From Dicyema japonicum (lineage: Eukaryota > Animalia > Dicyemida): a stretch of DNA of 64,000 nucleotides. Positions 50,950 to 63,378 of this stretch are shown in pieces. A program made the translations under genes and the position numbers. The DNA lies in the NCBI GenBank assembly GCA_011109175.1, contig RDEW01000010.1, positions 62,001 to 126,000 of the forward strand. The letters run 5' to 3'. Below the pieces are notes generated by a model, which was not told where the DNA came from, did not search any database, and was given only the letters and a program-made list of their open reading frames with translations. Numbering within the stretch: position 1 is the first letter of the stretch; every line of letters starts with the position of its first letter.

Positions 50950-51420
50950 CTCATTACACAATCGAGAACTCAGCCTAATGACGTTCAACGTACATGGAAT
51001 ATCGAAAGATTGTACAAGGAAAGTACTTTGTGAAGATCTCGAGAAATACAAAATATTTATTGGCTGCCTACAAGAGACAAAAATCGAAAATGGACGCGAT
51101 AAGACATGAAACAACTACCGACTGATTCTATTCTCAACTGAATGCAAGCACTACGGCATGGGATTTGCCATCACGTGGATTACTTCAAAAAATTACATCG
51201 CTATTGGAGAGTTAACGACCGAATATGTGTCCTACAAATCAAACTAAATGAACTTGCCCGTCCAAGAGTCTATTGTGGAATGACTAAAGACAATTAAAGG
51301 ATGTTTGTGGCTGATACGGAGAAAGAAAGGACAAAACATCCTTCACCTGGGCCAGACAAAATAAGCCCTGAGCTTTTAAGATATGGGCCAAAAAAACTTA
51401 GCGAAACAATTGCAAAAACC
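50950..51420 (+). mobile_element. RTE-like APE and pre-RT fragments
   Basis: LMTFNVHGISK...IGCLQETK; SPGPDKISPELLRYG. Confidence 0.75.
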
Positions 51421-51489
51421 CAGATGACATCTTTGTAACCGATACCGATCTAGGACTTGGAAATAGATTATTAATACCAAAATACCAAA

Positions 51490-52170
51490 ATCAAAAATTC
51501 CAAACAACCTGAAAATCTGGATCGCTAATTTCCTAAATGGAAGAAGAGTAACTGCTGGAAAAACTAAATCAGTGACCAAGTTCATTCCAAATGGGGTCTT
51601 TCAAGTATCTTCACTTTTACCACACCTATTCAACCTATTCTTAAATGATATGCCCACCCTTACCAGTGACGATACTCTGGTTCTGACATATGCGGATGAT
51701 ATAATCGTCGCAATCAAAGACCAGTGCGTTAATACTGCTGTTTACCGGCTTCAAGCTTCATTGGACGATCTAAACTGTTGGCTCGTTAAGAACATTCTAC
51801 ATACAACTCCCAAAATTCTTATACAACAATTTTTACAACAAACATAAGATTGACAAACTCCGCTCTATGTGTGACCGTAAATGGAATCTCAACCCCAACG
51901 ACCAACTCGGTCAAGATACTGGGCGTAACTTACGACCCACTTTTGACCTTCAGCAAACACATCGACAACATCATCTCTTCGGCATAACAAAAGCTAAATT
52001 TTGTTGAAACACTCCTTGGACAATATAATGGGTGTTTCAACTCAAAATTGGACTCACTCTACGTGCAGTATATTCAACCGTCTCTAGCATACGTGTTTGC
52101 TGCATGGGGAACCAACCTATCAAACAGAAATATAGAAAAAATCAATACTTTCCAAAAATGGCCAGTAAGA
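51490..52170 (+). mobile_element. I/Jockey-group RT fragment, close copy of 35263-35942
   Basis: Long near-identical stretches with the 35 kb copy, including a shared in-frame stop (GCA TAA CAA). Confidence 0.9.
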
Positions 52171-52251
52171 TAGTTAATTAATTTTAATATAAATGATGAA
52201 ATATTTTTATTTGAAAATTAATATAATTATAAATTTATATTTTGTTAGAAA

Positions 52252-53340
52252 ATGGAAATACCTTCTTTATATGCTCATTGCATTAACAAAAATCGAATAA
52301 ACTTTTACGAGAAGAAATATCAAGGATTATGCGAAAAATCTAAGAAAATGGTTTTCAGCAGATTGTTTAGAGAACTGGAATATTTGACAGATTTCCGTTT
52401 AAAAGAAGTTATGAATTATTCAACCTCATATATATACAAGATTTCAGATGTAGTACAGAAGAATATCTTGTGCGTTGAATTGACTGGGGAAGTTGACATA
52501 AAAGATGTTCTTAAGATGATTCAAGTTTATCCGAATTTATCGAATATTAAAATAAGTAATATTTTTTCATCAGAGGAGAATCCTTTATTACCATTTTCAC
52601 CTAATAACATCAAATCATTCTCACTTTTAAACTATGATGACCCAGATTTGCTATATGCTCTATTTATGACTGGATTTAGCAAAATAACATTCCTTGAACT
52701 TTTTGTTGATAGTTATTATGAGCCAAAAATTTTAAAAAACAGCACATTGAAAATAATGGAGAAAGTGGAACACATAGAATTTTATAATGTTTCGATTACC
52801 GACTTTGAAGAATTTTCTGCAAACTTAAACTGTCCAGAGTCTTTGCGGTTTATTTTTTTGTAAAATTCAGTTATTTTTCGTTCATGATTATTGCAGATGA
52901 TAAAAAGAAATATTTGGATACAAACATTATCAGTTGTTTTATCAAAAAAGCAAAGAATCTTACTTTTCTGAATTTATCGGGGTATATTTTCGACGTAGAG
53001 AATGTCACAGAGTAATTGATTAAAATAGTTTTAGCCAAGTCGAAAGAAATGGATTGAACAAATTTAATAATGATTGTTCCATAATTTTCATTGAGGATAT
53101 AAACGAATCGGTAAATTTAATAGACTAATATAGAATGACCAAGAATCGACATTAAATAACTTAGTCAGGTTTATCTCTGTAGGACCTCCCAAAATATTGG
53201 ATGAAACTCTCTATAAGTTTAGAAATATTAAAATTCGAAATATCTTTTTAAATCGATATTTGAAAGTATTTTGTAAATATTATTATAGCATCTCTTATAC
53301 CAATATAAGGATTACTACTATGAGTTGGCAGAACATATAA
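52252..53340 (+). pseudogene. Lineage-specific LRR/RNI-like protein, frameshifted after codon ~200
   Basis: A 203-aa intronless ORF with LxxLxI-type spacing (NLSNIKIS, NIKSFSL, KITFLEL, KVEHIEF). It continues in another frame after a T7 run (KNLTFLNLSG), then hits stops. Confidence 0.4.
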
Positions 53341-54799
53341 TGTAACTTAAATTTATAACTTTAGCTCAATTCTCAAAGGCATCACTGAAAAGCACCATAT
53401 TTCGTATTTTAATCGTTGGTAGGAGTTGACCTTATTCTTAGTTTAATGTATGAAATCTTTCTTTACGGTACTATGGATACCATGTATTTTTATAAAGATT
53501 ATGTACTATTATTTTAAAATTTTAGTTTGTCCCTAATTGTTTAAAGTTATTAAAATTTTTAAAACCATGGGAAACATCAATTTTCGTTTGCTAATTTTTT
53601 AATTTAGTTGCCTGCACTGTCATTAACGTATAAAGGAATATTTTTATTAGACTACCCCGAACATGAAAATTTCCATAAATTTCACACTATTATGAATTCT
53701 ATGAGCATAGAATTTCTGACTTTTCTTGGGTACTCCGGAGTTATCAAAGTTTGTAATTAATGACAGGATAATTTAGCAATGCGTTGAATGTCTTGAGACT
53801 TGTAATTACAGAGGCTCTTACATATTAAATATTTTGGAAGATCTTCTAGGTATCCAAAATATATTTAATTAGATGAAAATGAAAAAAATTTGGATTTATT
53901 TGTTGATCTGGGTGGAATTTATCATATTCACAATATGTTTAAAAATCTTCCATTGGATTACATAATCGAAATGGATCATATCTTGATGCCAACAATTTTT
54001 GCATTGGAAACTATTGCTAAATTTCCAAAAGCTAGAAGATTACTAGCAACGTATGGAGTAATAGAAGATTTATTGTAAAATTGATGTATCATTAAAAGGA
54101 ATCTTCGTTACAACGAACTTAATTTTTATGACCAGTATTTTATATGGAGTTTCATGTGTCACATATTGGGGGATCCAAATGATATTTGTCCTACACTTGT
54201 AAATTTGGATATCGGCAATTTGAGTCCAAAAGAATTTATTCTAAATGAGATTTTTGAATTTATAAAAAAAATATCCGTATAAAGCAAATTATGATAATAT
54301 TCATAGTGGGTCGTCAAGTTATATATTCCGAAGGTCATTGATATCAACAATAAATTTATTAAATGTGAACATGGATGAGCGAATTTGGCTTTGGGTTGTC
54401 TGGGAATTTGCTAATTTAACCACCAAATGTCGTAAATCTAAATTGTAATAATAGCAAGTGAATTAATTGGGTTGTTGATTCCGCATAACATTATTCTAAA
54501 AATTGAGAATATATGTGTGCAATCCAACATGGAAGAGATCCATTACTATGCTTCGATTTTTAGAACAAATTACAATGTTGTTATTTTTATAATTTTAGAA
54601 TTATATTAATTATCAATATTGAAATCTTAAGTTAACTAATCTCCTTATTAACAAATTATTAAAAATAAGTATTTATTACTTTAGTCGTCATTACAGAGGT
54701 TAAAGGCTTAGCCCTCCGCTAACTTATTTTCTGCTCAACTTAATTTTATTTTCAAAGTATGTGTTCCCACAAAACTCAGATATTAAATTAGTAATGTCT

Positions 54800-55700
54800 G
54801 ACAATGGAGAAGCTTAATTGCTTGTACGATTTGGGCTAAAGATCGGCTTTTCCAATGTAAAGGCCGAGTGGTACAGAAAACCGAAAGTTCAGTGCTATCG
54901 ATGCCGAGGCTTCGTACACATAGCCCGCTTTTGTAAAAATCAGAAGTGTCTATTTTGTTCGGGCACACATGCTAGCATGGATTACAAAGACTCTAACAAG
55001 AAGAAATGTGTCAATTGCGGCTCTACGAGCCACTTGGCAAATTATCGGGCTGCCAGAAGGCAAAAGAAGCCTCAAAGCTGAAAATGAGAAATTATTGGCG
55101 AAATGGATTGTTAAAGATTTATGTAAGAAAACCAAAATTCAATTTTTGTTGGAGATTGCAGTGGTGAGCACAATATCTATGGGTGCGTAAAATCTAATCT
55201 GGAAGGAAAATGTTTACTTGAGATTAAGGAATCTTCAATTTTTCACATCTGAAGAGTTGTTGATGCATCTGGATCTTTCAAGACTCATATAATTGGCAGA
55301 AAGAAGAAAGCTACCGCAATACTGAAAGCCCTTATACGATTTCTGTTTAAACCGGAATCCTTTCTATGCGTATACTCTGCGTTTATAGAACCTTTCCTGA
55401 TCTATGAAATTCAAAGATGGTTCGAAAGCTAGGTGAGAAATAAACATTTGGAACTCTTAAATAAAATGCGGAGATATGCCATTAAACTGGCGTATGGGGT
55501 GGATCTGAAATCCAAATTATCCCCAAAGTTAGAGGGATCTTTACGATTCATTGAAAGATTGCTGCATCGCTTAAACATATATTAGTGCAAGGATCAATAT
55601 TTTCGAGGAAGCCCACTATAGTCAACACCAACAGACTACAATCTCACCTCCTTTCTTTTTCGGCTTCGATTTCTTATTTGGCGACTTAATCTTATCTCAT
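54800..55700 (+). mobile_element. Internally deleted I/Jockey-group LINE (ORF1 zinc knuckles joined to RT C-terminus)
   Basis: QCYRCRGFVHIARFC, KCLFCSGTH, KCVNCGSTSH, followed by ...VYSAFIEPFLIY... Confidence 0.7.
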
Positions 55701-55817
55701 AATTAGTAAAGAGTTTGTTTTTGTATAATAAACTGTTATGTTCTTTATGTTCAAAATAAAAGTATTTTGAACTTTTTGCCTTTGTCACATTTTCAATTTT
55801 TTGATAATTTAGCAATT

Positions 55818-58765
55818 ATAATTTCCACGTCGTTGTCGTCGTTAATATATACAGTTCTCTCTCCTATTATCTATTCATGTCTGTTTTTTATGATGTACTA
55901 CACGAAGACACCTCATGCAAAGGGTGCAGAGTATCCAATTCTCGCAAGTGCGGGATTCGATGTTCTGTATGTGTTGGTTACTTCCACATAGGTTGTGAAA
56001 AACTATCCAAGAAAATTGCTCGATCACTTCCCTCGTGGTCGTGCCATCTGGAACTCACTAAAATTGAACCTCATGATCATTTTGTGTCATCTTCTGTATC
56101 AGACCTTCTGGAAGCCATGTCTCCGGAAGATTTTCTGGTTTTATTATCAAACACGCGACAAAGGAGGATTATCCCTGTCAGGATCCCCAAGGCTTCCGGA
56201 TCTCAATTGCTTCTGCCCTTTTTCTTGCATTGAGAAAGCTGTGTCCAATGGCTCGAAAAAGGATTGGATGGTTCTTTTCTCTTTCCCTGTCCTGGCTATG
56301 GGGTTAGAGCGTAAGCCTGCCCCATCTTCTCGGAAACCCTCTCTATCCCATGTCCTGAAGAAGCGCGTGAGTGCCTTTATGGATTCATGTGAGTCCTGGC
56401 TGAAGAATTATTTGTTTCCCCAGTTGATTACTTCCCAAAGTCCAACAATCCAGTATGGCTCCTGAGAGGCTTCGCTCTCGTGTCAGGAGGAAATTAATGG
56501 AGGACGATCTTACTGCTGCAGTTCGAACTGTTTGTACGGATTCTGACCCGGTGAAAGCCACTCAGGAGACACTCTGTATATTGGGACAGAAACATCCTCC
56601 AGAACCAGAAGACTTTTGTAAACCTGTTCGTCCAGAACAATCTATGCATGATATTTCCACTTCAGCCATTTACAACGCTCTTCGTTCTTTCCGAAGAAGT
56701 AGCAGTGGAGGAGTTGACGGTCTCAAACCTGGCCATCTGTCAGACTTGGTGTCCCATTCTATCGGCAGCCCTGGATCGCTACTCTTGGAGCGAACCCGGG
56801 ATCTCGTAGCTCGCATGCTTTCCGGAAACGTTTCCGATTTTGGTCGGAATCTCCTCTTTTCGGCGAATCTAACGGGCCTTGGAAAGAAAGATGGTGGTAT
56901 TCGCCCCATTGCAATTGGAAACGTATTTCGACGTTTATCCGCAAAAATGGCTTGTCGTTTTGTTATCTCCCGAATTTCAGCCGAATTTTGTCCTTCGCAG
57001 CTTGGTGTCGGAATCAATGGCGGCTGTGAAGCTGGGATCCACGCAGTGAGAGAATTTGCGTCACAATCAGCTGAATTGAATGTTGAGGACAGAGTTTTAT
57101 TCAAATTGGACCTCCGGAATGCCTTCAATTCAGTCAGAAGGGACACCGTCCTTGATACCTGTAGGAGGAGGATTCCTCAGATTTATCCCTTTGTATATCT
57201 CGCGTATTCGGATCCATCCCCTCTTGTTTTTGGCAGTGCAATTATTTCATCCGGATCCGGAGTTCAACAGGGGGACCCGCTCGGTCCTCTTCTATTTTCC
57301 TTGTCTATTGACCATATTGCCCAGGACCGTTGCACTCCACTAAACGTCTGGTATCTGGACGATTGTATTCTCGGTGGAAGTCCCGATGATATTCTCTCCA
57401 AAGTTGCATCGATCAGAAGTTTGTGTGGAAAAATCGGTCTGGATTTTAACAATGAAAAGTGCGAAGCAATTAATCTGAATTTGAGTTCCGATTCATTCTA
57501 CCTTTTTCATCCCAGGGGTTAGGGAGACTCATATTGATTCTCTCGACTTCCTTGGGTGTGGGATTTTGGTAAACCGGGTAAGGGAGTTATTGGAAGGCAA
57601 GAGGACTAATTTACGTCAGTATGCCGACAGGATGAGTTTTTTGGACCGTCATGTCGCCTTTTTTATGCTGAAGAATTGTCTCCTTCTCCCAAAACTCCTT
57701 TTTATTCTACGGGGATCCCCATGCTACGCCGAAAAAGACCTTCTATCGTTAATTGATATGGATATCCGGTCAACGATGGGGTCCATTCTTAATGTTCGTT
57801 TTGATGATTTCGGATGGGCGCCTCTTTATTTTCGTTCGGCTCGTCAAGGCGTTTAGTGGATACGGTCCTTCACTCTACTTCCGGAGTAAACGTACCGCTG
57901 ACGCCGTCGGGAGCCTGGGATGAATGGATGAATTTGTACCTGAATGCTCCGGCCAATTGTGATAAGCAAAAGTCCTATTTGTTTTGTGTCTTCGAAAAGA
58001 AGAAAAAGTCCATTGAAAAGACGGAAGATGTAAGAAGGCTTGCCTGCCTCAAAACAGCCAGTTGTTACTCGACGGGGGACTGGATGAACGCTTATCCATC
58101 TGCCGAAATTGGAAACCTGTTGGATGATGAGGCTGTGAGAATAGCTACCTCGCTTCGTCTTGGTCTTAATTGTGTGCCGAAAGAAAATGCCGCTGTGGAC
58201 GTTGGATCGATCCTTTTGGTTATCATCCCTTGTCATGCAAGATGAGTGTGGGTCGTTTCCCCAGGCACTCCTGTCTTAACATGACATTAAAGAATTCCCT
58301 TGCCTCTGATGGACACCATTGCCTGTTAGAACCTGCTGGTCTTTCCTGAAACGATGGAAAACGCCCTGATGGGATGACGACTTTTCCATTCGCCAACGGA
58401 CGAAACCTGATCTGCGACGTGTGTTGATACTGATTTCCCGTCTAATTTGGTTGCTTCTGCTTCAGACCCAGGACATGCTTCAAAGCAGGCCGAGGAACGA
58501 AAGATGAGGAAGTACCAGAGAATTTCGGAGGAGTATCTTTTTGTTCCATTCGCTGTGGAAACGTCAGGAATCCTTGGCCCCCAAGCAGATGAGTTGGTTC
58601 GTAAGATCGGCTCCATGATTCAAGCTGTGACCAAGGATCCGCGAGAGACCGGTTGGTTCCGAGAACGTATATCGTTGGCTATTGTTAGGGGAAATAGCAT
58701 GGCCATTCAGATGCCTTAATTTAATTTTTATTCATTTTAAAATATTAATAAAGTTTTTTTTTTTA
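55818..58765 (+). mobile_element. Full-length (inactivated) CRE-like REL retrotransposon: PHD-like finger, RT, zinc finger, restriction-like endonuclease
   Basis: 12-bp TSD AATTTAGCAATT (55806-55817, 58766-58777). Motifs RIPKAS, GGVDGLKPGHL, GGIRPIAIGNVFRRL, DLRNAFNSVRRD, GVQQGDPLGPLLF, WYLDD, DGKRPDG and FVPFAVETSG...ISLAIVRGN. Confidence 0.93.
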
Positions 58766-59259
58766 AATTTAGCAATTGTTCAATTTTTTTGGTTATCATG
58801 GAAATACATTGTGATCCTTTTGGTTTCATCAATGACTTTTGTAACCATATGTTTTGGAGTGATAAGTTTGGCTTATCACCCCGGAGCGAAGATGTGCTCG
58901 GGTTCTCATGCTATACGACAATAAATAAAGATATCTTTGAATAACTACCGCAATTCCTCTTTGAATATGGGTTTGATTTGAAAAAGCACTGTGGTTTAAC
59001 GACATGCTGGTGTTGCTACCAATTTTCAAGCTGAAATAGACAAAAATCATTGCTTGTTTTGGTTTGACATATGTGTGAACAACTTTTTTCATTTATGAAA
59101 TTAAAAAAAACTGCTCAAGAACAATAATTAAATTTTATCCGCTTTAATAAAAGTTGGAACTAAGCGAATAGCTGAGTCCGACATTTCAAAAATTGTATCC
59201 AAAACAGATGTCAACCTCTGGAAGTAGCAAAAATTAAAGAGTGGTGATTAAATAATTAA

Positions 59260-61140
59260 GTTTCTCTTATTTAATAAATAAAATTACAAAATTAATTACT
59301 AAAACGAGTAAATTAACTAATTAAGCTAATTTTAATCCAGATCCCTCTACTTTTAGAAGAATGCGCCATCAACTTCATGTTATTCCCCATCTCCACATCT
59401 GAGTAAGTCGAAATATCTTTGTTAGAGTGAACTGGGCTATCCTCATGGCATGCCAGTTCCACAAGTTGTGAGGTAGTTGAGGCGTACTTTTCATCTTATA
59501 CCTTCATCCAATGCTTATGTTCAATGAGCAACTTTCGATCGTTCTTTTCAGCACAATCGATTGGATGTAAGTCCTCGTTGATTCTTCAGATAATTCATCC
59601 ATATGATTCTTGAAGCATCTTTAGACAACTCCATCCCATGTCAACACCACGGGAATAATCTTCATTCATAGAGCAGCGAAAGTTCATTTGCAAACAAGTC
59701 ATATTTGTTAAGTTTTCTTCAACTTGCTTTAGTCGGTCTTATGAGGTAATGCTTACTTCAATTAAGATTATTTCCTTCTTTATTTTATCGTAAACAAAAA
59801 TATCAGGTTTATTGAATTGGACTTTTGTTTCTGTCATAATCGACATGTCAACAGTGATTTCGACATTTTGAGTCGTCAATATTGACTGCACCGAATATCC
59901 TTTCATTTTGATTCCATAAACTCTATGAAGATGAAAATGGATACACTTTACCACTTCATTATGTCTTCGGAGATAATCACTGTTTAGCATTTTACCACAC
60001 TGAGTGGCCCAACAGTTTCTTGCTTTTTTGCAATGGTTGCATTCCTATATTGCATAATGACCCCGTGCGAAAAACAAATTTCTATCTTGCAGAAAACAGT
60101 ACAATGCTTCGCTCCATGGGCCGTTATTTTTCTTTGGATAACCATTCTGAGTAAGTAGATAGGTCGACATTTGCTTCATCCATACATTTGAACATAATGG
60201 ACTATATTGTTTTGCAATAAATTTTATTTAATAAATATTTTCTCTAAGTGTCCTTGAGGGACTTAATATCCATGCTTTTCCTGTCGGCAATAACATATTT
60301 AAAGGTAAAAAATCCTGCGATTGTAGCCAGGTGCCATTTTTTTGTTTTTATTAGTCGCAGAATCCCCGACCTTCGCAAACATACAGTCGACTGTTTTTCA
60401 AAACTTTTAAGGAATTGAAGGAATATTAATTCGCCATTAAACGAAATCGATTAAGCCCTCTTAGAAAATTCTTCCTGTCCAAATACAGCCTCTCTTTATT
60501 TGCATGTTTGGGGTGCAACTTTAGTGACGTAAGCAGTTAGCTTATTTGTTGGTCAAAATCAACAAATTCATAAGGTTCAATAATAATTAGTCCAATATAA
60601 TAGTTAGGGAAATTGCGTATTCGTTTATTGCACGAAATAAGTTCGCAGAATTTAACTTAGTTTTTGAAAGCATAATTATTATTAACATTTAAAAGTATGA
60701 ACTCTATAATTTTTTTTGATAACATTACTTCCCTCGTCTTCAAAATCACCCAAATATCGATATCCATTAACTCCTTCCAAAATCTCACAGCATGATAACG
60801 ATTTAACATTAAAGGATGACTTTTCCGAATTCATCTCCAAGCCGGCAACATGAAAGAAATTGCAAACAACTATAATCATTTTAATGATAGTATCTTCATT
60901 TAGCCCAAATATCTTTGGATCGTCAATGAACAACGAATGATTTGTAGAATAAGTCAGAGTATTAGGATCTTTCTGATTAATGTGGAGTCTTGGAAACATA
61001 GAGTTAAGGGTCCTGCTCAAGGGTTTCATTGCCATAACAAATAGTTGAGAGGATAATGAATATCCTTGCAGAATTCGTACAGCTTTACATAACCAATTCT
61101 TCTTCCATCTAAGTGGAGATTTACAGTCCACTTCTTAATT
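59260..61140 (-). mobile_element. 3' part of an R4/Dong-like REL retrotransposon (degenerate)
   Basis: RILQGYSLSSQLFV, TNHSLFIDD, GLEMNSEKS, YRYLG, ERLYL, RRHNEVVKCIH and NKPDIFVYDK...LIEV (PD..D/E-K nuclease). Confidence 0.88.
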
Positions 61141-63237
61141 ATGTATTTACAAAGTTAACAATCCAACGGGGTATACCTGAACAGTCCAAACTTCTTGATT
61201 ATGTTATTTACAAAGTTAACAATCCAACGGGGTATACCTGAACAGTCCAAACTTCTTGATTATGTTATTTACAAAGTTAACAATCCAACGGGGTATACCT
61301 GAACAGTCCAAACTTCTTGATTATGTTATTTACAAAGTTAACAATCCAACGGGGTATACCTGAACAGTCCAAACTTCTTGATTATGTTATTTACAAAGTT
61401 AACAATCACACGGGGTATACCTGAACAGTCCAAACTTCTTGATTATGTTATTTACAAAGTTAACAATCCAACAGGGTATACCTGAACAGTCCAAACTTCT
61501 TGATTATGTTATTTACAAAGTTAACAATCCAACGGGGTATACCTGAACAGTCCAAACTTCTTGATTATGTTATTTACAAAGTTAACAATCCAACGGGGTA
61601 TACCTGAACAGTCCAAACTTCTTGATTATGTTATTTACAAAGTTAACAATCCAACGGGGTATACCTGAACAGTCCAAACTTTTGATTATGTTATTTACAA
61701 AGTTAACAATCCAACAGGGTATACCTGAACAGTCCAAACTTCTTGATTATGTTATTTACAAAGTTAACAATCCAACGGGGTATACCTGAACAGTTCAAAC
61801 TTCTTGATTATGTTATTTACAAAGTTAACAATCCAACGGGGTATACCTGAACAGTCCAAACTTCTTGATTATGTTATTTACAAAGTTAACAATCCAACGG
61901 GTATACCTGAACAGTCCAAACTTCTTGATTATGTTATTTACAAAGTTAACAATCCAACGGGGTATACCTGAACAGTCCAAACTTCTTGATTATGTTATTT
62001 ACAAAGTTAACAATCCAACAGGGTATACCTGAACAGTCCAAACTTCTTGATTATGTTATTTACAAAGTTAACAATCCAACGGGTATACCTGAACAGTCCA
62101 AACTTCTTGATTATGTTATTTACAAAGTTAACAATCCAACAGGGTATACCTGAACAGTCCAAACTTCTTGATTATGTTATTTACAAAGTTAACAATCCAA
62201 CGGGGTATACCTGAACAGTCCAAACTTCTTGATTATGTTATTTACAAAGTTAACAATCCAACGGGGTATACCTGAACAGTCCAAACTTCTTGATTATGTT
62301 ATTTACAAAGTTAACAATCCAACGGGGTATACCTGAACAGTTCAAACTTCTTGATTATGTTATTTACAAAGTTAACAATCCAACGGGGTATACCTGAACA
62401 GTCCAAACTTCTTGATTATGTTATTTACAAAGTTAACAATCCAACGGGGTATACCTGAACAGTCCAAACTTCTTGATTATGTTATTTACAAAGTTAACAA
62501 TCCAACGGGGTATACCTGAACAGTCCAAACTTCTTGATTATGTTATTTACAAAGTTAACAATCCAACAGGGTATACCTGAACAGTCCAAACTTCTTGATT
62601 ATGTTATTTACAAAGTTAACAATCCAACGGGGTATACCTGAACAGTCCAAACTTCTTGATTATGTTATTTACAAAGTTAACAATCCAACGGGGTATACCT
62701 GAACAGTCCAAACTTCTTGATTATGTTATTTACAAAGTTAACAATCCAACGGGGTATACCTGAACAGTCCAAACTTCTTGATTATGTTATTTACAAAGTT
62801 AACAATCCAACGGGTATACCTGAACAGTCCAAACTTCTTGATTATGTTATTTACAAAGTTAACAATCCAACGGGGTATACCTGAACAGTTCAAACTTCTT
62901 GATTATGTTATTTACAAAGTTAACAATCCAACGGGGTATACCTGAACAGTCCAAACTTCTTGATTATGTTATTTACAAAGTTAACAATCCAACGGGGTAT
63001 ACCTGAACAGTCCAAACTTCTTGATTATGTTATTTACAAAGTTAACAATCCAACGGGTATACCTGAACAGTCCAAACTTCTTGATTATGTTATTTACAAA
63101 GTTAACAATCCAACGGGGTATACCTGAACAGCCAAACTTGATTATGTTACAAAGTTAACAAATCCAACGGGGTATACCTGAACAGTCCAAACTTCTTGAT
63201 TATGTTATTTACAAAGTTAACAATCCAACGGGGTATA
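61123..63237. repeat. Tandem satellite of 61-bp units (~34-35 copies) with a 9-unit higher-order structure
   Basis: Consensus ACAGTCCAAACTTCTTGATTATGTTATTTACAAAGTTAACAATCCAACGGGGTATACCTGA; no spacers, so it is not a CRISPR array. Confidence 0.98.
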
Positions 63238-63339
63238 ATGGACATGTACAACACACAACAACTTCCAACAGTATAATAAATAAATATTTTCTTTAAAAAA
63301 TAATATATCACAAACTATTTTCTCTTGAGAAATTTTTAT

Positions 63340-63378
63340 AAATGCGGCCCTCATAGCGAAATGAGTTTGACACCCGTG
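63340..63378 (-). mobile_element. Single hAT (Charlie/Buster-like) terminus
   Basis: The reverse complement CACGGGTGTCAAACTCATTTCGCTATGAGGGCCGCAT resembles CAGGGGTGTCAAACTC...GGGCCGCA hAT ends. No partner end was found. Confidence 0.5.

Noticed and set aside
56670-58236. Minus-strand ORFs within the CRE element
   Set aside because: These are shadow ORFs of the GC-richer RT coding strand.
58780-59200. Possible second DUF659-type hAT remnant as the CRE target
   Set aside because: Only weak motif similarity (IFIYC, VIDETKRITMYF) and no termini found.
61123-63237. CRISPR array or repeat-encoded protein
   Set aside because: The units are contiguous with no unique spacers, there are no cas genes, and the context is eukaryotic. 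The 61-bp period shifts frame and hits stops.
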